A DNA stretch of 63,039 bases, the filler included, from Choristocarpus tenellus KU-1152 (Eukaryota; Protista; Phaeophyceae), in the NCBI GenBank assembly GCA_964200185.2. It is 11 parts of 11 records of this genome, joined end to end, with 100 filler letters (N's around TTAATTAATTAA, not from the genome) between each part and the next. Parts side by side here need not be neighbours in the genome. Positions count along the whole stretch, not along the records: positions 51,867 to 57,207 come from CAXNAD020011095.1; positions 57,308 to 63,039 come from CAXNAD020009887.1; 9 more parts are not named here. One strand, given 5' to 3'. The notes below the pieces were generated by a model. The model saw only the letters and a program-made list of their open reading frames with translations. It did no database searches and was not told the DNA's origin. Position 1 is the first letter of the stretch, and each line of letters begins with the position of its first letter. A program made the position numbers and the translations under genes. This document shows, piece after piece, positions 51,767 to 63,039 of this stretch.

Positions 51767-51866
51767 NNNNNNNNNNNNNNNNNNNNNNNNNNNNNNNNNN
51801 NNNNNNNNNNTTAATTAATTAANNNNNNNNNNNNNNNNNNNNNNNNNNNNNNNNNNNNNNNNNNNN

Positions 51867-51902
51867 TGTAGACCCCCTCCCCCCTCCCAGATACTTTGGG
51901 TC
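51867..51902 (-). mobile_element. MITE family B end at contig start (similar end stubs at about 4483-4519 and 39300-39320)
   Basis: TGTAGACCCC...CCCAGATACTTTGGGTC. Confidence 0.75.
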
Positions 51903-51949
51903 AGTACGTTCCAAAATGGACATGTACGTATCAAACTGGTGCATTCATG

Positions 51950-52640
51950 CTTTCACTTCTGCGGTTCGGCATAATGTGTTCCTGCTCAGGATTCTTGCTT
52001 CAAATCGACATTCACACCCCCCAACCATCTTGCCGCACTTTGAAATTTGATGGTCTTTACCGTTCGACAGAACACATCGAATTCATTCATTACTATCTGC
52101 CATATGTGAAGCACAAACCTGCGCATGGTTGCCCTCCCGACATCCAACCCGGGTCGGCACGGTAATTCCTTTCATCTTCATCTTCATCTTTCATGGTTCA
52201 ACGTAATGTTTTCCTGCTCAGGTTGTTCGTATTTCAAATGGACACACACACCCCCAACCGACTTGCCGCGCTTTGAAATCGATGACCTTTACCGTTCAAC
52301 AGAACACATCAAATTCATTCATTACTGTCTGCCATATGTCAAGCATAAACCTGTGCATGGTTGCCCTCCTGACATCTAACCTGGGTCGGCGCATAAATTC
52401 CTTTCACCTTCGTCTTTTACTTTCGCGATTCGACATAATGTTTTCCTGCTCAGGATTACTGTTTCAAATTGACACACACACACCCAACCGTCTTGCCGCG
52501 CTTTGTAAATTGACGGTCTTTACCGTTCCACAGAACACATTGAATTCATTCATTACTGTCTGCCCTATGTCAAGCACAAACCTGTGCATGATTGCCCTCT
52601 CTACATGTTACCTTGGTCGGCGCATAAATCCTTCCCGTCT
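51950..52640. repeat. Three tandem copies of a 232-bp unit; inverted partial copy at about 54624-54697
   Basis: TAATGTKTTCCTGCTCAGG recurs at about 51972, 52204 and 52436, with TTTACCGTT..ACAGAACACAT..AATTCATTCATTACT in each unit. Confidence 0.92.
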
Positions 52641-52981
52641 GCGTACGGTATTGGTGCGTTCTCATATTCAATTTTGATTCCATGTTGACGGGGTTTACCG
52701 TTCGATCTATGTTAGCGAATAGCAGCCTTCAAGGAAAGCGCTACACCATCCTCATGTCCACAGCATCGCTACACCCTTTTCAGACCACGTTTGCATAGCC
52801 CATACATGGACACGAACCTTGTACTCCGTACAGATCCCGTCATCATTTATCACATAGTCTCTCACTGTTCGTACAAAAACACCCTTGCTGCGATCGCCTA
52901 ACAATAGCACCCACCCCTATGTCGATATCCTTCTCGTTTGCTGATACTGTTACAGTTACATTTTCCCCCCTACCTTCACAG

Positions 52982-55900
52982 ACAGTCGGCTGGAGGCCCA
53001 AGGAATCCCGAAGACCAAAAGACCACAGACTTGATCACGTCGAAACTCAGCGCAACACATATGATGGACCTCGCCACATCTGACTTCTTGTCACAGAGGT
53101 ACAACGCCAAGCTTCTTGACAACGGTAGAGTGGAGTCGGTGTTCTCGAAGTTGGGGCCGGACCCACAGGTCGTTGCTGATAGGCTTGCGGGGATCCTGAG
53201 TGGGCAACCTTTTTCACTCTGCTCAAGATGGCAAACCATAAGTGACTTCAAAGCCGATATGCGCAGGCAAACGTACCCTCTAGTGTGCCCAATGGTGAAC
53301 TACTTGCAAAATACATCGTCAACGGCAACCTGGACGTAAACGAGAATGGCAACAATAGGGACAAAGACGACGACAACAACCTCTTATTTTGCCTGAATGG
53401 ACAACACCGCATAATGATGCTGAAGACAATCGAATACATCATGAAGGAGGACAATGTCCCACGTGGCATCAACCTCCCGGCCCACGTCACAACGTGATGG
53501 GCCTCGGACGTCGGAGGGAACCGCCAGATCGGCCATCACAGGAGCTTCATGTGGAAGATCTATCCACACTTCAGCCGTGAAAGGCTGAATCCATTTCAAT
53601 AGGAGAGAGTGTGGCGGCCGGTAGGTCGCGTGTGCCCAACATTCTTGACATATTCCATTGGATGGTGTCTTGGGTTGTCGCTATCCTGGAATATAGGCGC
53701 GACTTCAGTTGCGACAGGTCCCACCCCTACGTCTAGGAAACGGAAGAGGACTCTGATTGTTGCACACGCATGACAATATTGGTGACCAAGTGCAACCAGT
53801 ACTGTCTCGGAGACATAGACTTCCGGAGTGCAGATGCTGCGTTACAGACGGCTATTAAGGGGAGGGTAGCTGCCAAGATAAAGGCATCCCTTAAAGAAGC
53901 TTGGAAGGACACACACATGGAAGCCGGGATGAGTAGACTCACCGACCAAATCTCCATCCAGTTCTTCAACACGATCGCCACCCTTGAGTACATATGCGCG
54001 GGAGAAGGTGAGGTTCTCATAGCTCCTTCCACAGGAAACGATTCGTTAATCGATTGTGAAGTATCGCCTACTTTTCTTCGCCCATATCCATATTGAGTCC
54101 GCATCGGTGATCCAACCAACCTGATCCCTTTCTTCCCCTCATTATGTTTCACCAGAGACAAAAGAACTGGAGGAGATCCTTCTCGGTGTGTGGAGAGAGC
54201 ACAAGCAGTGCGACGGGTCAAGTGTAAGCGCGGTGCAGTCATCCCCACATTTGTGCATCCAATACCCCATCACTAACGGTCCAACAACACCGTAATAACC
54301 CCTGCCTTTGCATACTGAGCTTGAATTGACGTTTTATACATGTGTATCGCTATCAACCTTATGACATACGCCATTAACCAACAGACCCACTCCCGCTCCC
54401 ACATTCTTCTGTCCTGACCATGTCATCTTATTCTCCACACACCCAACGCGCACCTGTCTAGGACAAATTCGACTTTAGAGCGGTTCACATGTTCACTGCG
54501 CTGTGGTATGCTAACCTGGACGCCGCCATCGAATCCCTCAAGAACAGCGGGGGGTTCACACACATCTACAGGTTGAAGGTGGGTTAAACATTCCCAACTA
54601 TGTTGTCCCCACACGACGCCACACTTGACATAGGGCAGACAGTAATGAAGGAATTTGATGTGTTCTGTCGAACGGTAAAGGCCATCAGTTTCCAAAGAAC
54701 CCTAAGTTCGAAGGGTTCTGCTACGCTACATGCATCCCCTGGTAACCCTTCTCTGATCGATTCACTGTTAACCCTAAATCCTCCACATCCTCAAAGCTTG
54801 TTCTTTACCCGTCTCCTAACGACACACTATCGCACATTTCATGTACATGTAGCTCACAGACGAGGTCAAGGAGCAGTATTTCACAAGAATGTTCACTGAT
54901 GTCCTCACTGGAGCAGGACTAGCCATCCTCAGTGGGGAGACCCCCCAAGGCCATTGTTGGCGTGACATTGTCGAGGTGGCTGTGCACGTCTTCTCAGAGC
55001 AGGTAGCCAAAAAATTGCCTACTGACGCGTTCTCATTGACGTTTGTTGTCGGGACGGAGACATTTCCAGAGGAATGGGTAAGTCAATCATTGACCGTGAC
55101 GATTCAAGTAACGTTTGGATGTATATGCATTTACCCCCCTGCTGACCCTGCAACGGTCGCAATGTTTACCGTCTAGTTCGTGCCTCGCGAGACAAACACC
55201 CATGTCATGCATGTGACTTACCGTTCCACTACACATGTGCTTCTCCATGACAGTTCTCCCACACTCTAAGGGGCGTCCGAAACAAACGGCCCCCGGCCGA
55301 CCAGGACAAAGGAAAGAAGAAGACAAGAGGAAAGGGGAAGAAAAACAGACCAGGGGTCGTCGATCCAGACCCTGCGTCTGCCGCCCAGGCGGAGGAGGAG
55401 TGGGCATCTCAACCCTGGAAAGTCCAATTGGCATAAATAAGACGTATGCACACGAAGAATGTCCTCATCAAGAGGGCTGTCCAGGAGGTCGCCATACAAG
55501 TGATGAACGACCTCAAAAGGAAAGACGAGCTCGGGATAGACCCCTACGCTGATGACTCCTCAGCAGGGTCTTCAGAAGAGGATCTCACAATAAACATCCT
55601 GATCGCGCACATTGATGTAACCCCATAAATTCCACCGGTGAAAAGGGACCTTGTGTTGAGGGAGGATGTGGAGGAGAGTACAAAATACCTGGACATCGTC
55701 AAATACTCTGAGGGCGTTACCCTGAACACCAGTAACGAACACACAGGCAAGCAATTACATCATTGTACAACATTGCCATACATTAACATCCAAACATCAT
55801 TCCCTGCACCAAACACACAACCTAGACCCTCACAGATGTTACCGACGTTGGACAGTTTGACAACGAACATTGTCACAGGGTTCTCCACTTTTATATGTTG

Positions 55901-57137
55901 CGAAGTTGCTCGTCGAACAAGTTGCTCGTTGAACAGATTGATTCATACTTTCGCTGTGTTGTATCGATCGACAGAACCCGGTAAAAGAAGGTAAATTATG
56001 TCGCGGTTCATGTTCTATAGTCCTATACGCATCCTCTTCACCCTATGTTACAAACCCTACTTGTCTTCCTGATTTATGGGCTCGAATAATCCGCCCGAGC
56101 TTAACGAGCCCCACGTACTCTAATCCATCCATATTTTCCTCAGTCCCTGCCTCCTCCTCTGTATCCTGCCTCACCTACTCCTTCTCATCAACCTCTACCT
56201 TGTCCCTTGCCTCCTAACGCTAACACCTCTTCCCGTTGTTTTGCCTCCTACTTCACCACGTCCTTTGCCTACTCCTCCACCATCACAGAGATAACACGAG
56301 TCACAAACATTGTGATCACGCCAGAGAAAAACGCCACGTCTGAGCACAACCTTGACAAGTTCAAGTCCGAAACGAGTGCCACCCACGAGAGAGAAGTCAC
56401 CCTTTTCCAGACCCAACCAGGAGGCATCATAATCACATGTACCGCCCTTGGGGACAACCTCAATCCGGATCGTATCCAATTCCTCATGGATGAACTCTCC
56501 ACCTTCCGCAATTTTGCACTGGTGAAGACACCGGTAGCTGGTGGCATATCCACACCTATACCTTGTGGAAGACCCAATCCACCAGGTGATGAAGAGGAAC
56601 AAGATAATCCATCGCCTAGTCCTGCAGTAGGTACAGGAAGCAGGACTCTACAAGGGGGACGGCATACAATCACACCCTTGGAACACGACTCTGAAGGCGA
56701 TGGGGACCGACCCGTTTGTAATGCTTTGTCAGGTCCAGAGGAACTTGCACAGGAGGACGTGAGGGGGCGGCTAGACAGGGACTCAGAGTCCACGCCTGTC
56801 AGGAGTGACCCATGTATGTCCCCAAACGCCCATTCGGTGGGCAGCGGTGGTGACGAGTCCAAGGTGCCAGGGAACGCCTATGGCCATACTGTGAGGCAAA
56901 GTGAGAACCGCGTCCATGCCAATCTTACCCCAACCCTGAGGGACAAGCCTTCCAAGAAGGGTAAAGGAAAGGGGAAAAGGACGCTAATTAGGAAGAAGAG
57001 GGTGAGAGAAGGTGCTGGACGGATGAGACCCTTTAAACAGCCTCGTGGTCCTGATGACAGCGCTTTAGAACCTGGCTTCTTTCGCAGACGTCTTCGCTCC
57101 TGCCAAGATGGGCAGATACACGGTAAATCCGTGTTCA
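52982..57137 (+). pseudogene. Decayed multi-exon gene of unknown family with a ParB/DGQHR-like motif
   Basis: Protein-like plus-strand frames (52982-53290, 53285-53497, 53770-54060, 54889-55080, 55446-55750, 56207-57154) alternate with pyrimidine-rich intron-like stretches. Frameshifts and stops are present, and LFCLNGQHRIMML lies at about 53384-53422. Confidence 0.45.
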
Positions 57138-57207
57138 GAGCCAAAGCATCTTAGAGGGTAGAGCCGCGTCCTTTTGGGGATCAAAATACAATGTTGTGAT
57201 TTTGATG
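57138..57207 (+). mobile_element. MITE family A end, cut by contig end
   Basis: GAGCCAAAGCATCTTAGAGGGTAGAGCCGCGTCC; supplies the TAG of ORF 56207-57154. Confidence 0.88.
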
Positions 57208-57680
57208 NNNNNNNNNNNNNNNNNNNNNNNNNNNNNNNNNNNNNNNNNNNNTTAATTAATTAANNNNNNNNNNNNNNNNNNNNNNNNNNNNNNNNNNNNN
57301 NNNNNNNGTGAAAGAGTTCAGTCCGGTGATTGTGATTGCCCCCTTGAGCAAAAAAGAACTTGGCACCTTTGACACTTTCACAGAAGTAATATTCTATGTA
57401 CGCACAGACGATGATGCGGTATATTAAGGATATTTAGGCGGGGTATTTGACCAGAATCAATTGGCGTAATTTTAGAGTCGGAGTGCTTCTGACGTGTACT
57501 AGAGAACTGTTGAGTCATTTGGTATTCTGAGACATTCACTGTAAGGCTTGGTAAGCCCCATCTAGTGATGATGGTATCTCACTCTCTTCTCACTCTCTTC
57601 TCAACTGTGACACAAGGTGCTAAACAATAATATAACTGGTTTTGTGGGACAATAGATCGTCAAGGACAGCTTAACATGCT

Positions 57681-57864
57681 ATGACATTTTCCTACTCCAA
57701 ATTTTTTCGGGGTAGGTAAAATGTGTGCGTTATGAAAGGGTGTGATCGGAACGAGGATATTTGCACTTCCTAACAAATACGATGGCGAAAATTACATCAA
57801 AATCGCAACATTGGATTTTGGCCCTCAAATGGATGCGGCTCCACCCTCTAAGATAATTTGGCTC
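57681..57864 (-). mobile_element. MITE family A, truncated copy
   Basis: Central hairpin through ACCCTCTAAGATAATTTGGCTC. Confidence 0.85.
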
Positions 57865-60357
57865 TTCTGGTTGGCAAGTACTGACTCTGCTGAGTGAGGT
57901 ACAAAATAAGTACTAATAATGCGCATGTTGTACTATTGACCCTACATTCATGCACGCAGCAGGAATGATATCGGCAATGAGTTTGAGGAGAGAAGGTCCT
58001 GGGCAAGAGCTGAGTAGTCCTCTGTAGAGATGTATATGTATCAATCAGTATATTGGATTGATCATGAATGAGTCGCACCCTTTATATATTATTGTTTTGG
58101 GTCCTGGTTCTATGTGCTGGGGGGTGATGAGAGCCACCAGAGATAAGGTTCAGAAAGGAAGTGAAAGATGAAACTGAGACCTGCTGAGTGCTACGAGGAT
58201 CAATCTCCAATGTGATTGGTTGTGACTAGCCAGAACAGAAAACACAATATCAGACTTTCTTTGATGATTTGAATCCATCGTTCATGTTGGGGTTTACTGC
58301 TAGTCAGTCTTGCGTCTGACCCACACCACATCACTTGGACCCGCATCAATGGCAAAAGGAGGCGTGCGCAAATGCGTATGACTGCGCACATTATCCTCAT
58401 CAGTATCAGGAGATCCCAAAAAGGGGACCTACCCCAGACATTTCCCCACTCTCAGTGTGGATTCCATTCGACACGATCACAAAAGTGGCTGACCAGCACT
58501 TCATGTCAGACAGGTCCTTCTTTGGGAGAAAAAACAAACATCCTGGTTGAATCAACTCAGGGGAAAAAAAATTAAAAGGTGGAACACTAGTGGTGATCTG
58601 TCCTAAGTTGCAGTCTAGTCCAAGATAGGAAAAATCTGTGCTAATGGGTGGAAAGCGTAGTGAGAAAAATGCCGTGGACCTGCCTGTCTTTTACATGCCC
58701 CTGGGGATCTGAGTGGATGAAGCTCAGTATCGCCACAGCTTTGGTATATCAAGTCATCTATTGGGGAGTGCTATGGGGATATTGTCAAGAATGATTAGAA
58801 AACCCATCATATTTTATTGTCACCTCTGGTGCAACAACTTGCCTCCAAGGTGCTTGAACAACCAGGAAGGTTGAACTTCAAAGTATTTGTTGTATGCGCA
58901 TTTGTTAACACTTGTTAAAATGTATTGAAAAATATGCACGCTTCTCACGGACCAACCCTGTTTGTGTCTCCAGATACGAGCTGTCTTTTTATCCCACGAG
59001 CCCCAAGTTGTCTGATAGAAAATGTCGAAATACTACCTGGACTGAGTCATGTTATGTTCTTCCAGAATTCATTGGCGTCACTTCCACTATCTTGGCAATG
59101 ATAAAGAAATATCTTCCCCATCTGTGGAATCCAGTGTCAACTCATCAGACCGGTGACCCAATAATATAGAGGAATCCATATCACTTTCTGGTCCACAAGG
59201 AGGGTTACATCAATTATCAGAGGAGGTGAAGATGCTCATACGTGGACATCCAGTTGACGGTAATTCAAATTCTTCAGCTATTCTAAGGGTAGGAGTCTTT
59301 CTTTTATGACAAGTCGCTTGGTCAGTGGCTCTTACAATAAGGAGGTCGAACTTTGTTCTCCTCCCTATAGGCTACGATTATCTCTGCACAAAAAGGTATT
59401 TCAACGGGTTTGCGCCATACATCACTGACTGACGAATATCATTGAACTTTGAAGGCGATGGCGGTATAGATAATTGCGAGTAGACTTTCTTCCCACACCT
59501 CACTTATGGTCACAATGCCCTCTACATTGTAAGACCCAATAGTTGGCTGTGTCTTTGACCCCTGATCAAGATTTGGTTCGGGTAATATCTGACCTAAAAG
59601 GAGTGAATTAAGGGCATCCATGTCAGGCTCAGTGGCTGTTCCTTCCTTAAAGGGTTCAAGTCTGCCCACATGAGCTGTCTCTTCACGTCGGCCTTCCATG
59701 CGTTTTGTGCGACAAACAACGGGTGTTAAACGTGCCTTCACTTCATAAGGTCCTCTCCATGGGGATAATAACGTGAGGTTCGGTTCATCAGGTGAAGTAT
59801 GTGGTTCGTGAAGCCACACTTTATCTCCGGGTTCGTATAGTGGGAGTTTATTGTTCACATTCTTAGATTTGTTGTGCGTTGCCATCTCACCAATATATCG
59901 CCTGGCAAGTTTGTAAGCTAGGTGTAAATTTCCCACTGTTCTCGTACTGTATTCTTGTACGTTTATGGGGGTGGCCTCAGGGACCTCCAAAAGAAAACCA
60001 ATTGGAAAAATTGGCGCCTTCCAAATATGAGAAAAAAATGGAGTTTCCTAAACAGTGGCATTATAGACCGTATTGCATGCTAGCTGTACAAAGGGCAACA
60101 ATGGCGTCCAGTCAGATCGGTCTATATTCGAATACATGACCAACAGACCATGCATCGTGGAATAAATTTCTTCACATAGGCTATTGCCTTGAGATCGATA
60201 GGCTTTGGTTTTGGTTTTATGATACTTCTACGCTTTAAACAACTCAGCCAGGAGTTTATTCTCTAATTATTTGCCTTGGTCAGAGCGGAGTGTTCCAGAA
60301 GGACCAATGATGGGAAAAGACAATCGACAAGAGCTTTAGCTACTGTTTTTTCTTGCT

Positions 60358-60616
60358 GAATCAAAGTATCTTAGAGGGTAGAGCCGCGTCCATGTGCAGG
60401 TCAAAATCCAACATTGCGATTTTGATGTAATTTTGGCTATCATATTTGTTAGGAGATTTTAATATCCTTGTTCTGGACACTTCTTTTCATAACATACACA
60501 TTTTACCTACTCCGAAACATTTTGGAGCAGGTAAAATGTTGTTAAACACCCGTGGGAAGCCAAGCCCCAAATGGACAAACAGGGCAAATTTCGTACCCTC
60601 TAAGATACTTTCACTC
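60358..60616 (+). mobile_element. MITE family A, full length (259 bp), inserted in the Gypsy integrase
   Basis: GAATCAAAGTATCTTAGAGGGTA ... TACCCTCTAAGATACTTTCACTC; 3-bp TSD GCT. Confidence 0.93.
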
Positions 60617-61737
60617 GCTTATTTACAATGCCAACCAAGATTGCGAATCTTGTAAGATGGCCTACGGTGGATAACACATATTTTGCATCATCTGACGTGG
60701 TCCTATATTAGGTAAATAGGAGGCCTTGAAACGGACATGTAACGGGCGTTTGTCCTGTGTGTAGTGAAGTAGGAGTATGAGGGGTCTTCCATCTTTGACA
60801 TGTCTGACAAGTTTCACACCACTTCCTAACATCTTTTTGTAAGGCCGGCCACCAAATCTATCTCTCATTTGGTCAACGTGTTCTTGAAAGCAAGATGGCG
60901 TGCAACTTTATGGTCATGTAGGTCATGTAAAATTAAACCCTGGACTTCTGTTGGGGCTACTAACTGATCACAATTCTCTACATTTTTACAAAGATGATCA
61001 GGTTGGTAAGGTCGGTAGAGTAAGAGTTTATTCTCTCACTTTTGTGTAAAAAGATATGGCATGGTGTAGATCGTTTCCTTATTGGGTAGTGTTGCATTGC
61101 TAGGGTCTGCCAGGTATTGAAAATATTCTCCAAATTGATCATGTTGGGCTTTGGCTCGAATTTCAGTATCAACTACTGGAACACATTAATGGACCTGACG
61201 AAGAGCTCAGATTCATTTGCTACCCTAAGTTTTTTCACCTATTCAATCCACAGACCATTAATAGGCTGAATATACCTTACTTGCCTGAGAAGTTGCATTA
61301 GTTTTTTCTGCTCCCACAGTTCGGCATATAGGGGTTAAGGATGCTGGTTCAGATTCGTGTTTACAGAACTCTTCCAGTTGAGGATGTGACAACATATCTG
61401 GGATGTAATGTAATCTGCCAGGTTTATGAAGGACGATAAAATCAAAACTTTGCAGAGTTAGAGCCCATCAAGTTAACAGATTGGATGCGTCTTGCATAGA
61501 ACGTAGCCACCGTGAGGCTGAATGATCACCAATAACTGTGAAGGGTTTACCCCAAATGTATGATCTCTAGTGTTGAATTGCCAGAATAACTGCAAGGCAC
61601 TCTTTTTGTGTGGCAGATTATTTTCTCCGGGAGGAGGAACGTAAGGCACTATGGTGTGCAATTATATCGTCCCACTATTACTGACATGTGCATGTACAAA
61701 AAATTCCTTTGAAAAATCAGGAAAGTGTAGAACTGGA

Positions 61738-61996
61738 GAATCAAAGTATCTTAGAGGGTAGAGCCGCGTCCATGTGCGGGCCAAAATCCAACATTGCGAT
61801 TTTGATGTAATTTTGGCTATTATATTTGTTAGGAGATTTCAATATCCTTGTTCTGGACACTTCTTTTCATAACATACACATTTTACCTACTCCGAAACAT
61901 TTTGGAGCAGGTAAAATGTTGTTAAAAACCCGTGGGAAGCCAAGCCCCAAATGGACAAACAGGGCAAATTTCGTACCCTCTAAGATACTTTCACTC
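61738..61996 (+). mobile_element. MITE family A, full length (259 bp), inserted at the Gypsy RT/RNase H junction
   Basis: Same termini; 4-bp TSD TGGA. Removing the element and one TSD copy restores MAPVLHFPDF. Confidence 0.93.
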
Positions 61997-62108
61997 TGGA
62001 GCCATGTTTAAAAGTCGTTTACACTTGTCAAAAGCAGTTTGCTGTGGTCGATTCCATCTAGATGAAATATCACATTCGTCATTTTTTTATTTCTTTGGGG
62101 TGGTGTTT

Positions 62109-62232
62109 GACCCAAAGTATCTTGCGGGGGGGGTATCTACACCAGGGTGTCCATCTGGGCCAAAACCAGGAAATGTGCACTTCCATTATCCATCCGACGT
62201 ACGCAACCAAATCACCCAGAAATTGAGACATG
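62109..62232 (+). mobile_element. MITE family B, truncated copy
   Basis: GACCCAAAGTATCTTGCGGGGG..CTACACCAGGGTGTCCAT..CAACCAAATCACCC. Confidence 0.85.
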
Positions 62233-62279
62233 CAACAACAACATGCTGCTTGGAAGGCTCTGAAAACATCGTCATGTAT

Positions 62280-62850
62280 TAAACTGAACACATGTTGTCG
62301 CCGCCATCGCAGAAGGCAGTTATTAACATCCGCCACAACAAAAATGCGTACTCGGCTCTCAATACACACCGCCCATTCTTCAAGACGCCTACGAGGTATA
62401 CTTTACTAACACGAATATCTGCCACAAGCTTGCTAATCCGACGTCTCTACATTTCCCTGGCGCCAGAATTGGGCCGAAAGTGACTGGCGGTAAACCTAAC
62501 CCGCGTGTTTGTCTGCAGCGTTTGCGTAGGAGCCAAAGGTCTCTTCCGTGCCGCCGTACCGCTCCGTCCTGTAGACGCTTGAAGGATACGTCCTTGAACA
62601 GACGTGTGCAAGGGCTCCCCAGTACATGTGCCTGCACTAGCAGAGGCCCCTCTACCCTGCCCCGTACCGATGTTCTCCTTATCATAATCGTCCTAGTCGT
62701 CCTTGTCTTCCTTCTGCTGCTCCTCGTCCTCCTCCTCCTCTTCTTCTTCCTCCTCGTCCTCCTCCTTGTCGTCGCCCAGATGTTGGGCCTGTCCTCTCTG
62801 AGCAATCGGAGGAAGTACTCCTTCTTACCCGCTTGGAAGGGTCGTCAGGA
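62280..62850 (-). pseudogene. Decayed coding fragment with a poly-Glu/Asp tract, origin unknown
   Basis: Minus frame GDDKEEDEEEEEEEEDEEQQKEDKDD*DDYDKEN... continues with isolated TAG stops. The Arg-rich and Leu-rich ORFs in the track are shadow frames. Confidence 0.35.
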
Positions 62851-63039
62851 TACACCCATATTGCCTCTTTGCAAAAATCCTTGTATAGCTCCTAATGAAA
62901 AATGTTTGTTGTGTGGGCAAGTGAGGAGTTATTGAGAATGAACACTCAAAGAACACCCCTGCAACATCTCTCGAAGGCGGGCTGACCAATAACTTGACTG
63001 AGAACGCGGAAGACAGGATCAAGCAAGCTTACATCATGC

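Larger units (their letters stand above)
59350..62060 (-). mobile_element. Ty3/Gypsy (chromovirus-like) pol relic: RT/RNase H, integrase, chromodomain
   Basis: APVLHFPDFSKEFFVH (RT-RNase H junction), KQEKTVAKALVD (integrase), PGDKVWL...PWRGPYEV...HVGRLEPF (GPY/F module), and YNVEGIV(D)HK...YLYR..DVWRKPVEIPFCAEIIVAY (chromodomain-like, frameshifted). Confidence 0.88.

Noticed and set aside
51950-52640. CRISPR-like array
   Set aside because: Whole 232-bp units are homologous, with no unique spacers and no cas genes; eukaryotic context.
58372-58575. LINE RT fragment (SQCGFHSTRS)
   Set aside because: A single short motif without supporting neighbours.
62389-62935. Arg-rich 138-aa and Leu-rich 151-aa ORFs
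   Set aside because: Shadow frames of a GAG/GAC-rich acidic tract.

Overview
Eukaryotic, intron-rich genomic DNA. It is most likely a flagellated stramenopile of the brown-algal type (inference from the cilia genes, the GT48 glucan synthase, scattered TTAGGG/CCCTAA tracts and long GT-AG introns). The window is not continuous. Eleven contigs are joined by ten identical artificial 100-nt linkers (44 N + TTAATTAATTAA + 44 N), so adjacency across linkers means nothing. Manual exon stitching recovers five genes the ORF track misses or fragments: three exons of a peroxisomal ABCD transporter, a complete 4-exon 182-aa secreted Cys-rich and probably GPI-anchored protein, the first four exons of IFT80, a complete 3-exon SSNA1/DIP13 lying head-to-head with IFT80, and the last three exons of a GT48 1,3-beta-glucan synthase. 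The rest is mostly mobile DNA. Two abundant MITE families (A about 259 bp, B about 180 bp) share a GRNYCAAAGTATCT-type terminus and show 3-4 bp TSDs. There is also a TA-flanked IS630/Tc1 derivative, a DD39D-like mariner relic, Copia, chromodomain-Gypsy and LINE relics, and several mini/microsatellites. The most unusual items are a B-MITE carrying a dimeric tRNA-like cassette in its right TIR, and a decayed spliced gene with a ParB/DGQHR-like motif behind a 232-bp tandem array. I see no CRISPR array, rRNA or intact transposase, and no new system can be established from sequence alone.
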